Source: Alphaproteobacteria bacterium
GTDB taxonomy: Bacteria; Pseudomonadota; Alphaproteobacteria; Bin95
Direction: 5' to 3'
Length of the DNA: 64,000 nt
NCBI GenBank assembly: GCA_964291285.2
Contig: OZ219786.1
Location: forward strand, 32,001-96,000
The notes beneath the pieces are model-generated. The model was not told the DNA's origin. It made no database searches and saw only the letters and a program-made list of their open reading frames with translations. Positions 19,103 through 30,240 of this stretch are shown piece after piece (positions within the stretch are counted from its first letter, which is position 1; every line of letters starts with the position of its first letter). A program made the translations under genes and the position numbers.

Positions 19103-20698
19103 ATGCAGGCAGCCCTGAAGCCGAGCCGGGCGAACCCGGTCTATCCCTTTCGGAAGCCCGCCGATCTCGATGGGCGCGAGCGGCATTACCCCGTCTGCGT
19201 CGTCGGCGCGGGGCCGGTTGGCCTTGCCGCCGCTATCGACCTGAAGCTCCGGGGCGTCGATGCCGTGCTTGTGGACGAGGACGACACGGTAAGCGCCGGC
19301 TCGCGGCTCATCTGCCTCGCCAAGCGAACTCTGGAGATTCTCGCGCGCCTCGGCATCGGCCCCGAACTGGCCGCGAAGGGCGTCGTCTGGAACCGCGGCA
19401 AGGTCTTCCACGGCGACGAACTCATCTACGCCTTCGACCTGTTGCCCGAAGAAGGGCACCGCTGGCCGGCGTTCATCAATATCCAGCAATACTATGTCGA
19501 GGAGTATCTGGTGGAACGCGCCCGGTCGCTCGGCCTCGATCTGCGCTGGAAGACGCGGCTCACCGGGGTCGAGGAGCAGGACGGCGGCGTCCGCGTTCAG
19601 GTCTCGACGCCGGCAGGCGGCTACGCCTTCACCTGCGACTGGCTGCTGGCCTGCGACGGCGTGCGCTCCACCGTGCGCGGCGGCCTGGAGCTTCCGTTTC
19701 GCGGGCAGTCCTTTCCGGACCGTTTCCTGATCGCCGATGTCCGGATGAAGTCGGAGTTCCCGGCGGAACGGCGCTTCTGGTTCGATCCGCCCTTCCATGC
19801 GGGCCGCTCGGCGCTGCTTCACAAGCAGCCTGACGACATCTGGCGTATCGACCTCCAGCTCGGCCCCGACGCCGACCCCGACGAAGAAGCGAAGCCTGAA
19901 AGGGTGCTCCCGCGCATCCGGGCAATGATCGGCCCCGATACGCCCTTCGATCTGGAATGGGTCTCCGTCTATACCTTCCGCTGCCGCCGGCTGGAGCGGT
20001 TCCGCCACGGCCGCACCTTCTTTCTGGGAGACGCCGCGCACCAGGTCTCCCCCTTCGGTGCGCGCGGCGGTAATGGCGGAATCCAGGACGCCGACAACCT
20101 TGCCTGGAAGCTGGCTGAAACGATCCGCGGCCGCGCCGGGGCCGCGCTGCTCGACAGCTACGAGGCGGAGCGCATTCCCGCCGCCGACGAGAATATCCTG
20201 AACTCCTCGCGCTCGACCGATTTCATGACGCCGGTCGGCGGGGCGGCCGAGGCATTCCGGGACGCGGCGCTTACGCTTGCGCGCCGGCATGATTTCGCCC
20301 GCGCCTTCGTGAACAGCGGCCGGCTCTCGGTGCCGGCGCTCCTGGCGGCGTCTCCGCTTTCGACTCCCGACGAGCCGGAATGGGCCGGTTTCCAGGGACC
20401 GATGCAGCCTGGCGCGGCGGCCGTCGATGCGCCTCTCGGGAACGGCTGGTGGCTGGACCGACTGGACGGCGGTTTCTCTCTGCTGCACTTCGCGGAGCCG
20501 CGCGAGGCGGCTGCGGTGCTGGACAGGAAGTTGCCCGTCCATTGCGCGCGGCCGGAGGGTCTTCTGGCGTCGCGCTATGACGGGCGGCCCGGCACGACCT
20601 GGCTGTTCCGCCCCGACCAGCATGTCGCCGCGCGCTGGCGGCGCTTTGATCCCCTGCGCATCGACGCGGCTGTGGGTCGGGCGCGAGGCTGTCGGTGA
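19103..20698 (+). CDS. FAD-dependent monooxygenase (MhpA-like)
   Basis: VVGAGPVG, ACDGVRS, GDAAHQVSPFGARG.N.G..DA.NL.WKL, RPDQHV. Confidence 0.88.
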   Translation: MQAALKPSRANPVYPFRKPADLDGRERHYPVCVVGAGPVGLAAAIDLKLRGVDAVLVDEDDTVSAGSRLICLAKRTLEILARLGIGPELAAKGVVWNRGKVFHGDELIYAFDLLPEEGHRWPAFINIQQYYVEEYLVERARSLGLDLRWKTRLTGVEEQDGGVRVQVSTPAGGYAFTCDWLLACDGVRSTVRGGLELPFRGQSFPDRFLIADVRMKSEFPAERRFWFDPPFHAGRSALLHKQPDDIWRIDLQLGPDADPDEEAKPERVLPRIRAMIGPDTPFDLEWVSVYTFRCRRLERFRHGRTFFLGDAAHQVSPFGARGGNGGIQDADNLAWKLAETIRGRAGAALLDSYEAERIPAADENILNSSRSTDFMTPVGGAAEAFRDAALTLARRHDFARAFVNSGRLSVPALLAASPLSTPDEPEWAGFQGPMQPGAAAVDAPLGNGWWLDRLDGGFSLLHFAEPREAAAVLDRKLPVHCARPEGLLASRYDGRPGTTWLFRPDQHVAARWRRFDPLRIDAAVGRARGCR

Positions 20699-20871
20699 AG
20701 CGTGCAGACGACATATATGCGGCCCTGGTGGACGCCTACCGGGGGCTGGACGAGGCGGAAAGCCGGAGGCTCGATGCGCGCCTCATCCTGCTGCTGGCCA
20801 ACGAGGTCGACGACGCTGAACGAGTGCTCGCGCTGATTGAGGAAGCACGCGCCGCGGGTGACGCTTCCTGA
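20695..20871 (+). CDS. DUF2783 family small protein (58 aa, below the ORF-track cutoff)
   Basis: Hand translation MKRADDIYAALVDAYRGLDEAESRRLDARLILLLANEV...; GTG overlaps the upstream stop. Confidence 0.8.
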   Translation: MKRADDIYAALVDAYRGLDEAESRRLDARLILLLANEVDDAERVLALIEEARAAGDAS

Positions 20872-20898
20872 AGCGGGTCAGGCGGGCCCGCCGCGGCC

Positions 20899-21729
20899 TT
20901 AGCGTCGGTCGGTCGTTGCGCCTTCCTCGCCCCGCCGCAGAGGCTGGAGCAGCATTCTGTGCAGATGCAGGTCTTCGCGTCGCCGAAACACCGAAAGGCC
21001 GATCGTCATTCCTTCGTGGCCGAGGCGCGGCTGCGCCCGGTAGGTGCCGAACAGGCGGTCCCACCAGGGCAGGTTGAAACCGAAATTGCTGTCCGTCTCG
21101 GCGGGAATGTCGGAATGATGGACCCGGTGCATGTCCGGCGTAACCACGATCCACCGCAGCATGCGGTCCAGCCATGCCGGCAGCCGCACATTGCCGTGGT
21201 TGAACATCGAGGTCCCGTTCAACAGGACCTCGAAGACGAGCACCGCGACTGCCGGCGGGCCGAGAAGGGCGACCGCCGCCATCTTGATCGCGACCGACAC
21301 GAGGATCTCGACCGGATGGAACCGCGTTCCGGTGGTCACGTCGAAATCGAGATCGGCGTGGTGCATGCGGTGCAGCCGCCAGAGCGCGGGCACCGCATGG
21401 AACATCACATGCTGGAGGTAGATCGCGAGGTCGAGCACGACGACCGCCAGCACGACTTCCAGCCAAAATGGCAATTCGACGAGATTGAGAAGGCCCCAGC
21501 CCCGGCTTTCGGCAATGACGGCCAATGCAACCGGCAGCAGCGGGACGAGCAGCCACACCAGCGCCGTGTTCAACGCCGTCAGGCCCAGATTGGCATACCA
21601 GCGCAGCCAGCGCGGGTGGATCAGCCGCCTGCGCGGGCGAGCGAGCTCCCACAAGGCCACAATGGCAAGAATGCCGAAGAAGAACCCCAGCCGGACCGCC
21701 GTTTCGTCAGCCTCGCCAAGCTCCGGCAT
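20899..21729 (-). CDS. Sterol desaturase / fatty acid hydroxylase family membrane protein
   Basis: His boxes HVMFH, HRMHH, FNHGN, HRVHH. Confidence 0.88.
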   Translation of the reverse strand: MPELGEADETAVRLGFFFGILAIVALWELARPRRRLIHPRWLRWYANLGLTALNTALVWLLVPLLPVALAVIAESRGWGLLNLVELPFWLEVVLAVVVLDLAIYLQHVMFHAVPALWRLHRMHHADLDFDVTTGTRFHPVEILVSVAIKMAAVALLGPPAVAVLVFEVLLNGTSMFNHGNVRLPAWLDRMLRWIVVTPDMHRVHHSDIPAETDSNFGFNLPWWDRLFGTYRAQPRLGHEGMTIGLSVFRRREDLHLHRMLLQPLRRGEEGATTDRR

Positions 21730-21834
21730 TCCTCAACCCCGACGAGCGGTTATCGAGCGGTCGGCCCCACATCGCCACCCACGCGATGCACGCGATTCAG
21801 AGTATCAGACGGGCCGGTCCTGCGCGATGCCGGG

Positions 21835-23088
21835 TTAGCCGACCGGGCGGCTTTCGGCGTCGAATCGGTCTGGCGCGGGATCGACGATGCGAGGGCCGCC
21901 CGGCACGATCTCGAATATGGCGAGCGCCCGCTGGATAGCGCCGTCCGGTCGGAACCGGAAAAAGCCACCGGCGCCGAAGAAGCCGTCGGGGGCGGTAAGC
22001 ATTGCGGCATCGAGCCCGTCGCCACGCCGATCCTCCGCCAGCATGGCGGCAATCGCGGTCGCATCGTAGGCAAGCCCGGCCAGACGGGGCGGCGCTGTGC
22101 CGTACACGGCCTTGTAGCGGCGGGAGAAGAGATCGAACGCTTCCGGCGGCGGGCCCGCATACCACGCCCCAACGAGACTCGGCTCGTCAAGCGGAAGCCG
22201 GTCGGGCCTGACGCCCGTCGCCAGATAGCGCGCCTTGTTCGGGTCTATCCCGTGAAAGGCGAGCAGCGCCGCCGTCGAACGCAGCGCCTCGCCCTCCGCG
22301 GCGATCAGCACGGCGTCGAAAGGCGGGGGCCGTTCCTTGGTCTCCGGCGTGCGTTTGGCCGGCGCGCCGGCGAACACGCGCACCCGTTCGGACAGCGCCT
22401 TCGCGTCGAGGCCGGGGGAGATTGTGCCGCTGCGGACCACGATAACGCCGTGCCTGCGGGCGGCGCGCTCGGCGGCCTGGATCGCGTAGCGGCCGAAGTC
22501 CGTGTCGTAGGCAAGCAGGCCCAGCCGTTTCCGGCCTTCGGAAGCGGCATGGCCCACCAGCCGCTCCACCTCGTCTTCGGGCAAGGGACCGAAGAGCCAC
22601 ACACCCGGCCTGAGCGCCGCGCGGTCGTTCGAGAACGCGAAGACAGGGAGAGGCCGCGCCCGCACCGCCTCGGCCGCCGCCGATACATTCGAGCCGAAAA
22701 TCGGGCCGAGCATCGCTCCGGCACCACGCTGCATGGACTGCCGGGCCGCCTCGACCGCGCCGGCCGGGTTCCCCCGGGTATCCAGCGGTATCAGCACGAA
22801 GTCCTCGCCCGCGGCGTCGTAGAGCGCCAATTGGGCCGCGTTCAGCATGGCCGCGCCGAACTCCGCATGGCGGCCAGAAAACGGCGCCAGCAACGCAGCG
22901 CGGAACACTGACGGCGAAGAAGGTGCGGAAGCCCGCGCTTGCGGCTTCGGAGCAGGCGGGGCAGCCGCCGCCGGTGCTTTCGCGGGGGGCTTCGGCAGGC
23001 TAGGCTTGCCCGTTCCCGAGTGCTGACAGGCAGCAACCGCCATGCCGAGCAGCGCGAAAGAGGCGTAGCGCCAATATGCCGTGTTCAC
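21835..23088 (-). CDS. Penicillin-binding protein activator-like lipoprotein (LpoA-like, periplasmic binding fold)
   Basis: Lipobox AVAAC, ALLAPFSG, LGPIF, LAYDA, GFFRF; divergent from rsmI as is typical. Confidence 0.75.
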   Translation of the reverse strand: MNTAYWRYASFALLGMAVAACQHSGTGKPSLPKPPAKAPAAAAPPAPKPQARASAPSSPSVFRAALLAPFSGRHAEFGAAMLNAAQLALYDAAGEDFVLIPLDTRGNPAGAVEAARQSMQRGAGAMLGPIFGSNVSAAAEAVRARPLPVFAFSNDRAALRPGVWLFGPLPEDEVERLVGHAASEGRKRLGLLAYDTDFGRYAIQAAERAARRHGVIVVRSGTISPGLDAKALSERVRVFAGAPAKRTPETKERPPPFDAVLIAAEGEALRSTAALLAFHGIDPNKARYLATGVRPDRLPLDEPSLVGAWYAGPPPEAFDLFSRRYKAVYGTAPPRLAGLAYDATAIAAMLAEDRRGDGLDAAMLTAPDGFFGAGGFFRFRPDGAIQRALAIFEIVPGGPRIVDPAPDRFDAESRPVG

Positions 23089-23165
23089 GACCCGTCTCCG
23101 ACGGAGCAACCGGATGCGAAGCTAACGCTCCCAGCCCGGCGCGTAAAGCATCGGGCGATCCGGAA

Positions 23166-24002
23166 GTGCGCCTGCCGGCGGGCCTGTATCTGGTGGCGAC
23201 GCCGATCGGCAACGCGCGCGACATCACGCTTCGTACCCTCGACATTCTGGCTGCCGCCGATCTCGTTGCCTGCGAGGATACGCGCGTGACCCGCCGCCTC
23301 CTTCGGATTCACGGGCTGAAGGCGCGCCTCACCGCCTATCACGACCACAATGCGGAGCGGGTGCGGCCGAAACTCCTTGCTGCCATCCGGGCAGGAAAAG
23401 CCGTGGCGCTGGCGAGCGACGCAGGGATGCCGCTTGTCTCGGACCCCGGTTTCGGCCTTGTGCGCGCGGTCCGGACGGAAGGACTAGCGGTGACTTCGGC
23501 GCCGGGGGCGAATGCGGCGCTGACGGCCCTACAGCTTTCGGGCCTGGCGCCGGACCGGTTCGGCTTCCTGGCCTTCCTGCCGCCGAGACGGCCGGCCCGC
23601 CGGCGCGCGCTTGCGCCCTGGGCCGAAACACCGGCAACACTGCTCGTCTATGAGGCGGGAACGCGGCTTGCTGCCTGCCTCGCGGACATGGCGGCAGTGC
23701 TGGGCGCGCGCGAGGCGGCAGTCGCGCGCGAACTTACGAAACGCCATGAGGAGGTCGTTCGCGGCCCGCTCGACGAGCTTGCGGCGCGCTATACGGAGGC
23801 CGGGCCGCCGAAGGGTGAAATCGTCATCGTCGTCGGGCCGCCCGCGGAGGCGGCGCCCGCCGAGATTCCCGATGCACTGCTTGCAGAACGGATCGCGGCG
23901 CTCGGCCTTTCACGCGCGGCGGGCGAACTGGCGTCGGCTTCGGGGCGGCCCCGGCGCGACGTCTACCGGCGCGGACTCGAATTGCTTGCCCGTGACGGGT
24001 GA
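23166..24002 (+). CDS. rsmI: 16S rRNA C1402 2'-O-methyltransferase
   Basis: LYLVATPIGN, ACEDTR, SDAGMP.VSDPG, ARELTK, KGE; start approximate. Confidence 0.93.
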   Translation: MRLPAGLYLVATPIGNARDITLRTLDILAAADLVACEDTRVTRRLLRIHGLKARLTAYHDHNAERVRPKLLAAIRAGKAVALASDAGMPLVSDPGFGLVRAVRTEGLAVTSAPGANAALTALQLSGLAPDRFGFLAFLPPRRPARRRALAPWAETPATLLVYEAGTRLAACLADMAAVLGAREAAVARELTKRHEEVVRGPLDELAARYTEAGPPKGEIVIVVGPPAEAAPAEIPDALLAERIAALGLSRAAGELASASGRPRRDVYRRGLELLARDG

Positions 24003-24363
24003 CAGCCGCGGCCGCCGGGCCGAGCGCATCGCTGCCTGGCGGCTGCGCCTTGCGGGCTACCGCGTTCTGGTGCGCCGCTACAGGACCCCGGTCGGCGAGA
24101 TCGACCTGATCGCGCGGCGCGGCCGGCGGCTGGTCATGGTCGAGGTCAAGGCACGCCCGACCGAGGCGCTGGCGCGGCAGGCAGTGCCTCAACGCCAGCG
24201 TCACCGCATCACAATGGCCGCGCGGCATTTCCTTGCGGCCAATCCCCGCTACCGCGACTGGCCCGTCCGGTTCGATGTCGTTGCCGTGGTGCCGGGGCGG
24301 CTGCCCATCATAATCCCCGATGCCTGGAGGGACGGTGACAGCCGCCCCAGGCGGGTCGCATGA
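23992..24363 (+). CDS. yraN: YraN family endonuclease-like protein
   Basis: GEIDLIA, VEVKAR, RFDVV; follows rsmI. Confidence 0.88.
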   Translation: MTGDSRGRRAERIAAWRLRLAGYRVLVRRYRTPVGEIDLIARRGRRLVMVEVKARPTEALARQAVPQRQRHRITMAARHFLAANPRYRDWPVRFDVVAVVPGRLPIIIPDAWRDGDSRPRRVA

Positions 24364-25139
24364 CCCCGGCCGAAGCCGAGCTCCACCGGATCGGCGAATG
24401 TGGCGAAGAGCCATTCGACATCGGCGAAGCGGCCCTGCTGCTCGGCTCGTTCGACCGGCCGGGCGTGCCGCTGGACCGCTACCGCGCGCATTTCGACGAG
24501 CTGGCGGAGGCGGCGGGAAGTCCGGGCCGCCTTGCCGACACGCTTGGCGGCGCGTTCGGCTATACAGGCGACCGCGCGACCTATGACGACCTGCAGAACG
24601 CCAATCTCCTGCGCGTGATCGACCGTCGCCGGGGCCTGCCGGTCGCGCTCGGCATCCTCTATATGGCGGTAGGGCGGCGGCTTGGCGCCCATGTCGAGGG
24701 GCTCGACTTTCCCGGCCACTTCCTCATCCGGGTGGACAGGGCGGAGATCGTCGATCCGTTCGAACGGGGCGCGTCGCGGGACCCGCCGGCGCTCAGGCAG
24801 TTGCTAAAGGCGGCTTACGGCGCTTCGGCAGAACTCGAAGCGGCGCATTTCCGCACGGCCGTGGACCGCAGCGTGCTGCTGAGGTTGCAGAACAATATCC
24901 GCTTGCGCCTCGCGCGCCGCCGGCAATTCGAAGCGGCGCTTGCCGTGCTCGAACGCATGACCTGGATCGCGCCCGGCCTTGCGGAGCTGGTGCGCGAGCG
25001 GGCAATGCTGGAAGCCGCGCTCGGCCGCTTCAAGGGCGCGGTCGAAAGCCTAGAACGCTATATCGCGATGGAACCCGCCGACGGCGCCCGACTCGAAGCC
25101 GCGACCCTGATCCAGCGCTTCCGCGCCCGCCTCAACTGA
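24360..25139 (+). CDS. SirB1/transglutaminase-like TPR protein
   Basis: RRGLPVAL, FPGHFL, VDPF, RLQNN plus C-terminal TPR. Confidence 0.85.
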   Translation: MTPAEAELHRIGECGEEPFDIGEAALLLGSFDRPGVPLDRYRAHFDELAEAAGSPGRLADTLGGAFGYTGDRATYDDLQNANLLRVIDRRRGLPVALGILYMAVGRRLGAHVEGLDFPGHFLIRVDRAEIVDPFERGASRDPPALRQLLKAAYGASAELEAAHFRTAVDRSVLLRLQNNIRLRLARRRQFEAALAVLERMTWIAPGLAELVRERAMLEAALGRFKGAVESLERYIAMEPADGARLEAATLIQRFRARLN

Positions 25140-25228
25140 CGGGGCGGTGCACAACCCCGTGCGCGGCGGAATGGAGCGCGATATGATGCGCGGGCGTTCT
25201 GCATTTCCCGGACCGGATTCCTGCCCCC

Positions 25229-26197
25229 ATGACCCTCGCCGTCGCCGTCCAGATGGACCCTATCGAGAGCGTCGATATCGACGCCGACAGCACCTTTGCG
25301 CTCTGCCTGGAAGCCCAGGCGCGCGGCTGTTCGCTGTTCCACTACCTGCCGGATGCGCTCGTCTTCCGGGACGGGCGGCTGACGGCGCGCGGCCGGCCGA
25401 TGACGCTCAAGCGGGAGAAGGGCCGTCACGCCGCGCTCGGCGCAGCGGAGACGGTGGACCTAGCGGGCGTCGATGTCGTGATGATGCGCCAGGACCCGCC
25501 CTTCGACATGTCCTACATCACCGCGACGCACCTGCTGGAGCACATTCACCCGGGGACGCTGGTGGTGAACGACCCGGCTTCCGTGCGCAATGCGCCCGAG
25601 AAGCTGTTCGTCACCCATTTCGAAGGCGTGATGCCGCCGACCCTGATTACCCGCGACGAGGCTGAGATCGCCGCCTTCCGCGAGGAGCACCGCGACATCA
25701 TCCTCAAGCCGCTGTTCGGCAATGGCGGCGCTGGCGTCTTCCACCTGCGCGAGGACGACGAGAACCTGAACGCGCTGGTCGAAATGTTCCTGACGTCTTC
25801 GAGGGACCCCATTATCGCCCAGCGTTACCTGCCGGAAGTGCGGGAAGGCGACAAGCGCATCATCCTTGTCGAAGGCGAAGCCGTCGGCGCTATCAACCGC
25901 ATTCCCGCCGCCGGCGAGTCGCGGGCTAACATGCATGTCGGCGGCAGGCCGGTGCGGAGCGATCTGACCGCGCGAGAGGCCGAGATCTGCGAGATCATCG
26001 GCCCGGCCTTGCGGGAGCGCGGGCTCACCTTCGTCGGCATCGACGTCATCGGCGGCTATCTCACCGAGATCAACGTCACCTCGCCCACCGGCATCCAGGA
26101 GATCGAGCGCTTCGACGGCGTACGGATCGCCGCGCTCATCTGGGACGCGATCGAGGAGCGCCTTGCAGGGCAGAGCAGCGCGGGGCCGGCGCGGTGA
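25229..26197 (+). CDS. gshB: Glutathione synthetase
   Basis: [32 protein letters not shown]. Confidence 0.96.
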   Translation: MTLAVAVQMDPIESVDIDADSTFALCLEAQARGCSLFHYLPDALVFRDGRLTARGRPMTLKREKGRHAALGAAETVDLAGVDVVMMRQDPPFDMSYITATHLLEHIHPGTLVVNDPASVRNAPEKLFVTHFEGVMPPTLITRDEAEIAAFREEHRDIILKPLFGNGGAGVFHLREDDENLNALVEMFLTSSRDPIIAQRYLPEVREGDKRIILVEGEAVGAINRIPAAGESRANMHVGGRPVRSDLTAREAEICEIIGPALRERGLTFVGIDVIGGYLTEINVTSPTGIQEIERFDGVRIAALIWDAIEERLAGQSSAGPAR

Positions 26198-27708
26198 GCG
26201 GCCGCCCGGCGGTCGCGCATGTCGCGACGGTCGCCTTCGACGGCATCGAGGTGCGCGAGGTCGATGTCCAGGTGCATCTGGGCGGCGGGATCGTGGCGTT
26301 CAACGTCGTCGGCCTGCCGGACAAGGCGGTCGCGGAAAGCCGCGAGCGGGTGCGGGCTGCGCTCGCCGCCATCGGTCTCGGACTGCCGGCGGAGCGCATC
26401 ACCGTCAATCTCGCCCCGGCCGACCTCCAGAAGGAAGGCAGCCATTTCGACCTGCCCATCGCGCTCGGCCTGCTGGCGGCCATGGGAGTCGTGCAGGTCG
26501 AGGATATCGCCGGCCATATCGCGCTCGGCGAACTCGGCCTCGACGGCGCGCTCAACGAAGTCGCGGGCGTTCTGTCGGCCGCCATGTCGGCGGTGGAGTC
26601 GCACCGCGGCCTGATCTGCCCCGCGAGCAACGGCCCGGAAGCCGCCTGGGCGGGCGATCTGGAGGTCCTGGCGCCGAAGACGCTGCTCGCATTGCTCAAC
26701 CATTTCCGGGGCCGGCAGGTGCTGGCGCCGCCCGAACCCGGCGAAGTCGCCTCGGAGGCGGATACACTCGACCTTCACGACATCAAAGGGCAGGAGACCG
26801 CCAAACGGGCGCTGGAGATCGCGGCGGCGGGCGGCCATAACCTGCTCTTTTCGGGGCCGCCGGGCGCCGGCAAGTCGATGCTGGCGGCCCGCCTGCCGGG
26901 TGTGCTGCCTCCGCTCCAGCCGGCCGAGGCGCTGGAGGTGTCGAGGATTCACAGCGCCGCAGGCGCGCTTGAAGCCGGGCGCATACCGCGCCGGCGTCCT
27001 TTCCGGGACCCGCACCATTCCTCGTCTATGACGGCCCTGGTCGGCGGCGGGCAGCGCGCCACGCCGGGAGAGATTTCGCTGGCGCATCGCGGTGTGTTGT
27101 TCCTCGATGAACTGCCCGAATTCGTCCGGCCCGCGCTGGAGGCGCTCAGGCAGCCGCTGGAAGTCGGCAGGGTGACCATCGCGCGCGCCAACCGGCATGT
27201 CGTCTATCCGGCTCGCTTCCAGCTCGTGGCCGCGATGAACCCCTGCCGCTGCGGCCATATCGACGAACCGGACCGCGCCTGCAACCGTGCGCCCCGCTGC
27301 GCGGCGGACTACCGCCGCCGCCTTTCCGGCCCGCTGCTGGACCGCTTCGATCTCTTCGTGGACGTGCCGCGCGTCGCGGCTGCGGACCTCGCGCTGCCGC
27401 CGCCGGCCGAGAGCAGCCGGCATGTCGCGGCCCGCGTGACGGAGGCCCGCGGCAGGCAGGCGGCGCGTTACGGGGAGCCCGCCCTGAACGGCGATATCGA
27501 CGGCGCGCGGCTCGCCGAGGCGGCGGCTCCGGACGAGGCGGGCGCGTCCCTCCTGCAAAGCGCAACAGAGCGCCTGCGGCTTTCGGCGCGCGGCTACCAC
27601 CGCGTGCTCCGCGTGGCACGCACGCTGGCCGACATGGACGCAAGCGGCCGGGTGGGCCGGCTGCATATCGCGGAGGCGCTGAGCTACCGCCAGGGGCTGG
27701 CGGGTTGA
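26194..27708 (+). CDS. YifB/ComM family Mg-chelatase-like AAA+ ATPase
   Basis: [44 protein letters not shown]. Confidence 0.92.
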   Translation: MSGRPAVAHVATVAFDGIEVREVDVQVHLGGGIVAFNVVGLPDKAVAESRERVRAALAAIGLGLPAERITVNLAPADLQKEGSHFDLPIALGLLAAMGVVQVEDIAGHIALGELGLDGALNEVAGVLSAAMSAVESHRGLICPASNGPEAAWAGDLEVLAPKTLLALLNHFRGRQVLAPPEPGEVASEADTLDLHDIKGQETAKRALEIAAAGGHNLLFSGPPGAGKSMLAARLPGVLPPLQPAEALEVSRIHSAAGALEAGRIPRRRPFRDPHHSSSMTALVGGGQRATPGEISLAHRGVLFLDELPEFVRPALEALRQPLEVGRVTIARANRHVVYPARFQLVAAMNPCRCGHIDEPDRACNRAPRCAADYRRRLSGPLLDRFDLFVDVPRVAAADLALPPPAESSRHVAARVTEARGRQAARYGEPALNGDIDGARLAEAAAPDEAGASLLQSATERLRLSARGYHRVLRVARTLADMDASGRVGRLHIAEALSYRQGLAG

Positions 27709-27716
27709 CGGCCGTC

Positions 27717-28361
27717 CTACCGGCCGAGCGTTTCCAGATAGAGCGGGTCGGCGAGGTCGATAGCAGGGCCGTTGCTGTAAAATACCCAGCCCCGTACGCG
27801 GACACGCTGTCCTTCCAGCAATGCCGGCGGGAAGGCGCGCGAGATGCGGCCGCGCTTCAGGTAAATGGTGAAGTCTTCGCGCCAGTCATCGCCGAAATTG
27901 ACGAAACTGCTGCGGAAACCGCGCGTGACCGACAGAACGCGCCCCTCCACAATGGCGAAGCGGTCGAGAACCGTTCGCGCGCGTTCGGCGGAAACCGGCC
28001 GCATTTCCGGCCGCATGGTCCAGAGGCCGGGTTCGGACATGCGCGCCTGGCGTTCCAGCCGGAGCAGGGTAAGCGCGCGGCCGCGCGAGATGAGCGGCGG
28101 CGCCACCACGGCGAGGCCGCGCGCGACCAGCTCCCGCTGCAGCCAGAGCGATCCGGAGAACACATGCGCGAGGCGGCGGCCGTGCCGGTCAAGGCGGGCC
28201 GGCTGGGGCTCGTAGCGGAGGCCGGGCCGGGCCAGAAAGGCTGTGACAAAGGGCTCGGCTCCTTCGAGCAGGCGCACGTCGGCAGGTTTCAGATTACCCG
28301 CGTCCCCAAAGGCAGGGCCGGCGAGCAATACGAGCAGCAGGGCGGGCAAATGGCGCAGCAT
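27717..28361 (-). CDS. Secreted thermonuclease (SNase)-like protein with C-terminal OB-like domain
   Basis: Signal peptide, DRHGRRLAHV, LVARGLA, FVNFGDDWREDFT. Confidence 0.7.
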   Translation of the reverse strand: MLRHLPALLLVLLAGPAFGDAGNLKPADVRLLEGAEPFVTAFLARPGLRYEPQPARLDRHGRRLAHVFSGSLWLQRELVARGLAVVAPPLISRGRALTLLRLERQARMSEPGLWTMRPEMRPVSAERARTVLDRFAIVEGRVLSVTRGFRSSFVNFGDDWREDFTIYLKRGRISRAFPPALLEGQRVRVRGWVFYSNGPAIDLADPLYLETLGR

Positions 28362-28404
28362 GGGCGTCTGGAAGCCTTGCATGGTGGTCGCTAAGGTTCT
28401 GCGG

Positions 28405-29373
28405 ATGGGCGGGCGGACAGATCTATTCCCGGCGGTAGAGGCGGCTGAGAGCGGCATGCTGCCGCTGGACGACGGCCATGTCATGTATTGGGAGGAGGCC
28501 GGCAGCCCGGGCGGATTGCCGGTTCTGTTCCTGCATGGCGGGCCCGGAGCCGGCTGCACGCCAGCCTATCGGCGTTTCTTCGACCCTGCGGCCTACCGGA
28601 TTCTGCTGTTCGACCAGCGCGGCGCCGGGCGTTCCACGCCGGGCGCGGAGACCCACGCCAACACGACGCAGCATCTCATTCACGACATCGAGACGCTGCG
28701 CCGGTATCTGTCGGTGGATCGGTGGCTGGTGTTTGGCGGCTCCTGGGGCAGCACGCTCGCGCTGGCCTACGGGCAGGCGCATCCCGAACGGTGCCTCGGC
28801 TTTGTGCTGCGCGGTGTGTTTCTCGGGCGGCGGGCGGAAATCGACTGGTTCCTGCACGGCATGGGCACCTTCTTTCCCGAGGCGCACCGGGCGTTTCTCG
28901 CGCCGATCCCGAGGGAGGAGCGCGGCGCCGGCCTGCTGGCCGCCTACCACCGCCGGCTGACGGACCCGGACCCCCGCGTCCACCTGCCGGCCGCGCGCGC
29001 CTGGTCGCGCTATGAGAGCGCCTGTTCGGCGCTGCGGCCCGGCCCGGCCGACACGGCCGCGGTAGCCGGGGACCGCGCTGCCCTCGGCCTCGCCCGTCTG
29101 GAAGCGCACTACTTTACGAACGGCCTGTTCCTTCGGGACGGCCAACTCCTCGACGATCTCCACCGCATAGAAGGCCTGCCGGCGACCATCGTTCAGGGCC
29201 GCTACGATGTCGTTTGCCCGATTGCGACTGCGGACGAGCTGGCGCGCGCCTGGCCGGCCGCGGAATATGTGCCGGTGCCGGAAGCCGGCCATTCCGCTAT
29301 GGAATTCGGCATCCGCGCGGCCCTCGTCGCCGCGACCGAACGGATGAAATACCGCCTCGCCGCCATGGCGTGA
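28405..29373 (+). CDS. pip: Proline iminopeptidase
   Basis: FLHGGPG, FDQRG.GRS, GGSWGS, QGRYD, AGHS. Confidence 0.93.
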   Translation: MGGRTDLFPAVEAAESGMLPLDDGHVMYWEEAGSPGGLPVLFLHGGPGAGCTPAYRRFFDPAAYRILLFDQRGAGRSTPGAETHANTTQHLIHDIETLRRYLSVDRWLVFGGSWGSTLALAYGQAHPERCLGFVLRGVFLGRRAEIDWFLHGMGTFFPEAHRAFLAPIPREERGAGLLAAYHRRLTDPDPRVHLPAARAWSRYESACSALRPGPADTAAVAGDRAALGLARLEAHYFTNGLFLRDGQLLDDLHRIEGLPATIVQGRYDVVCPIATADELARAWPAAEYVPVPEAGHSAMEFGIRAALVAATERMKYRLAAMA

Positions 29374-29392
29374 CGGTGCCGCCGGGAGCCAT

Positions 29393-30091
29393 TCAGTATT
29401 CGTCGCGGCGGCGCACCCAGGTCATCGGGAATGGCAGGTCCTGCTCGTCGCGGCCCTTCGGCACGATGTCGAGAAGCTGGTATGCGGCATTCATCGGGTC
29501 CAGCCCGCGCGAGTAGCAGGAATAGGTGTGAAAGATGCACCCGGCCGCATCCTTGCAGAACACGCTGAGCCCGGGCGCCTCGCTGCCGCGCATGGCGGTT
29601 TCGCGGTAGTTGTACATGACCGGTCCCGCCGCGAGCGTCTCTTCGTCGAAGGAAACGCCGAAATCCCGGTTGAAACCGCTGTACAGCGAGGAAACCCACG
29701 GAAAGCGCCAGCCCATGCGGTCTCGATAGGCGAGCAGCGAGGCAAGCGGCGCACGCGACACGGCGGCGAATGCAACGTCCCGGGCCGCCAGGTGAACGAC
29801 CATCGGGTCGTAGCCGTCGGCCCAGAAGGAACAGCTCGGGCAGCCCGCCTCCCAGTCCGGCCCGAACATGAAATGCGAGACGACCAGCTGGCTGCTTTTG
29901 CCGAACAGATCAGCGAGGCGGGTCTCGCCGGCTTCGCTCTCGAAGCGATAGTCCTCCGTCACTTCCACCCAGGGCAACGCTCTTCGGCCGGCCACCAGCG
30001 CATCGCGTTCGCGCGTCAATGCCTTTTCCCGATCGAGAAGCGCCTTGCGGGCCTTGAGCCACGCTTCGCGCGAGACAATTGGATGATTCAT
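29393..30091 (-). CDS. DUF899 family thioredoxin-like protein
   Basis: RRALPWV, GCPSCS, VSRAP, HTYS.Y.RG, PKGRDE. Confidence 0.9.
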   Translation of the reverse strand: MNHPIVSREAWLKARKALLDREKALTRERDALVAGRRALPWVEVTEDYRFESEAGETRLADLFGKSSQLVVSHFMFGPDWEAGCPSCSFWADGYDPMVVHLAARDVAFAAVSRAPLASLLAYRDRMGWRFPWVSSLYSGFNRDFGVSFDEETLAAGPVMYNYRETAMRGSEAPGLSVFCKDAAGCIFHTYSCYSRGLDPMNAAYQLLDIVPKGRDEQDLPFPMTWVRRRDEY

Positions 30092-30240
30092 GTGGCGCTT
30101 CCTGTGTTCAGTGATATGAAGTTGTCCGGGTAATGCTGGCATTTGTGCGTCAACAGCACGAATGCTGTGCGGGAGCGGGAGCCTTGGAAAACGGGAGTCC
30201 TTTCCTTCATAATAGGAATTATCCAGCCGGAGGACGAGTA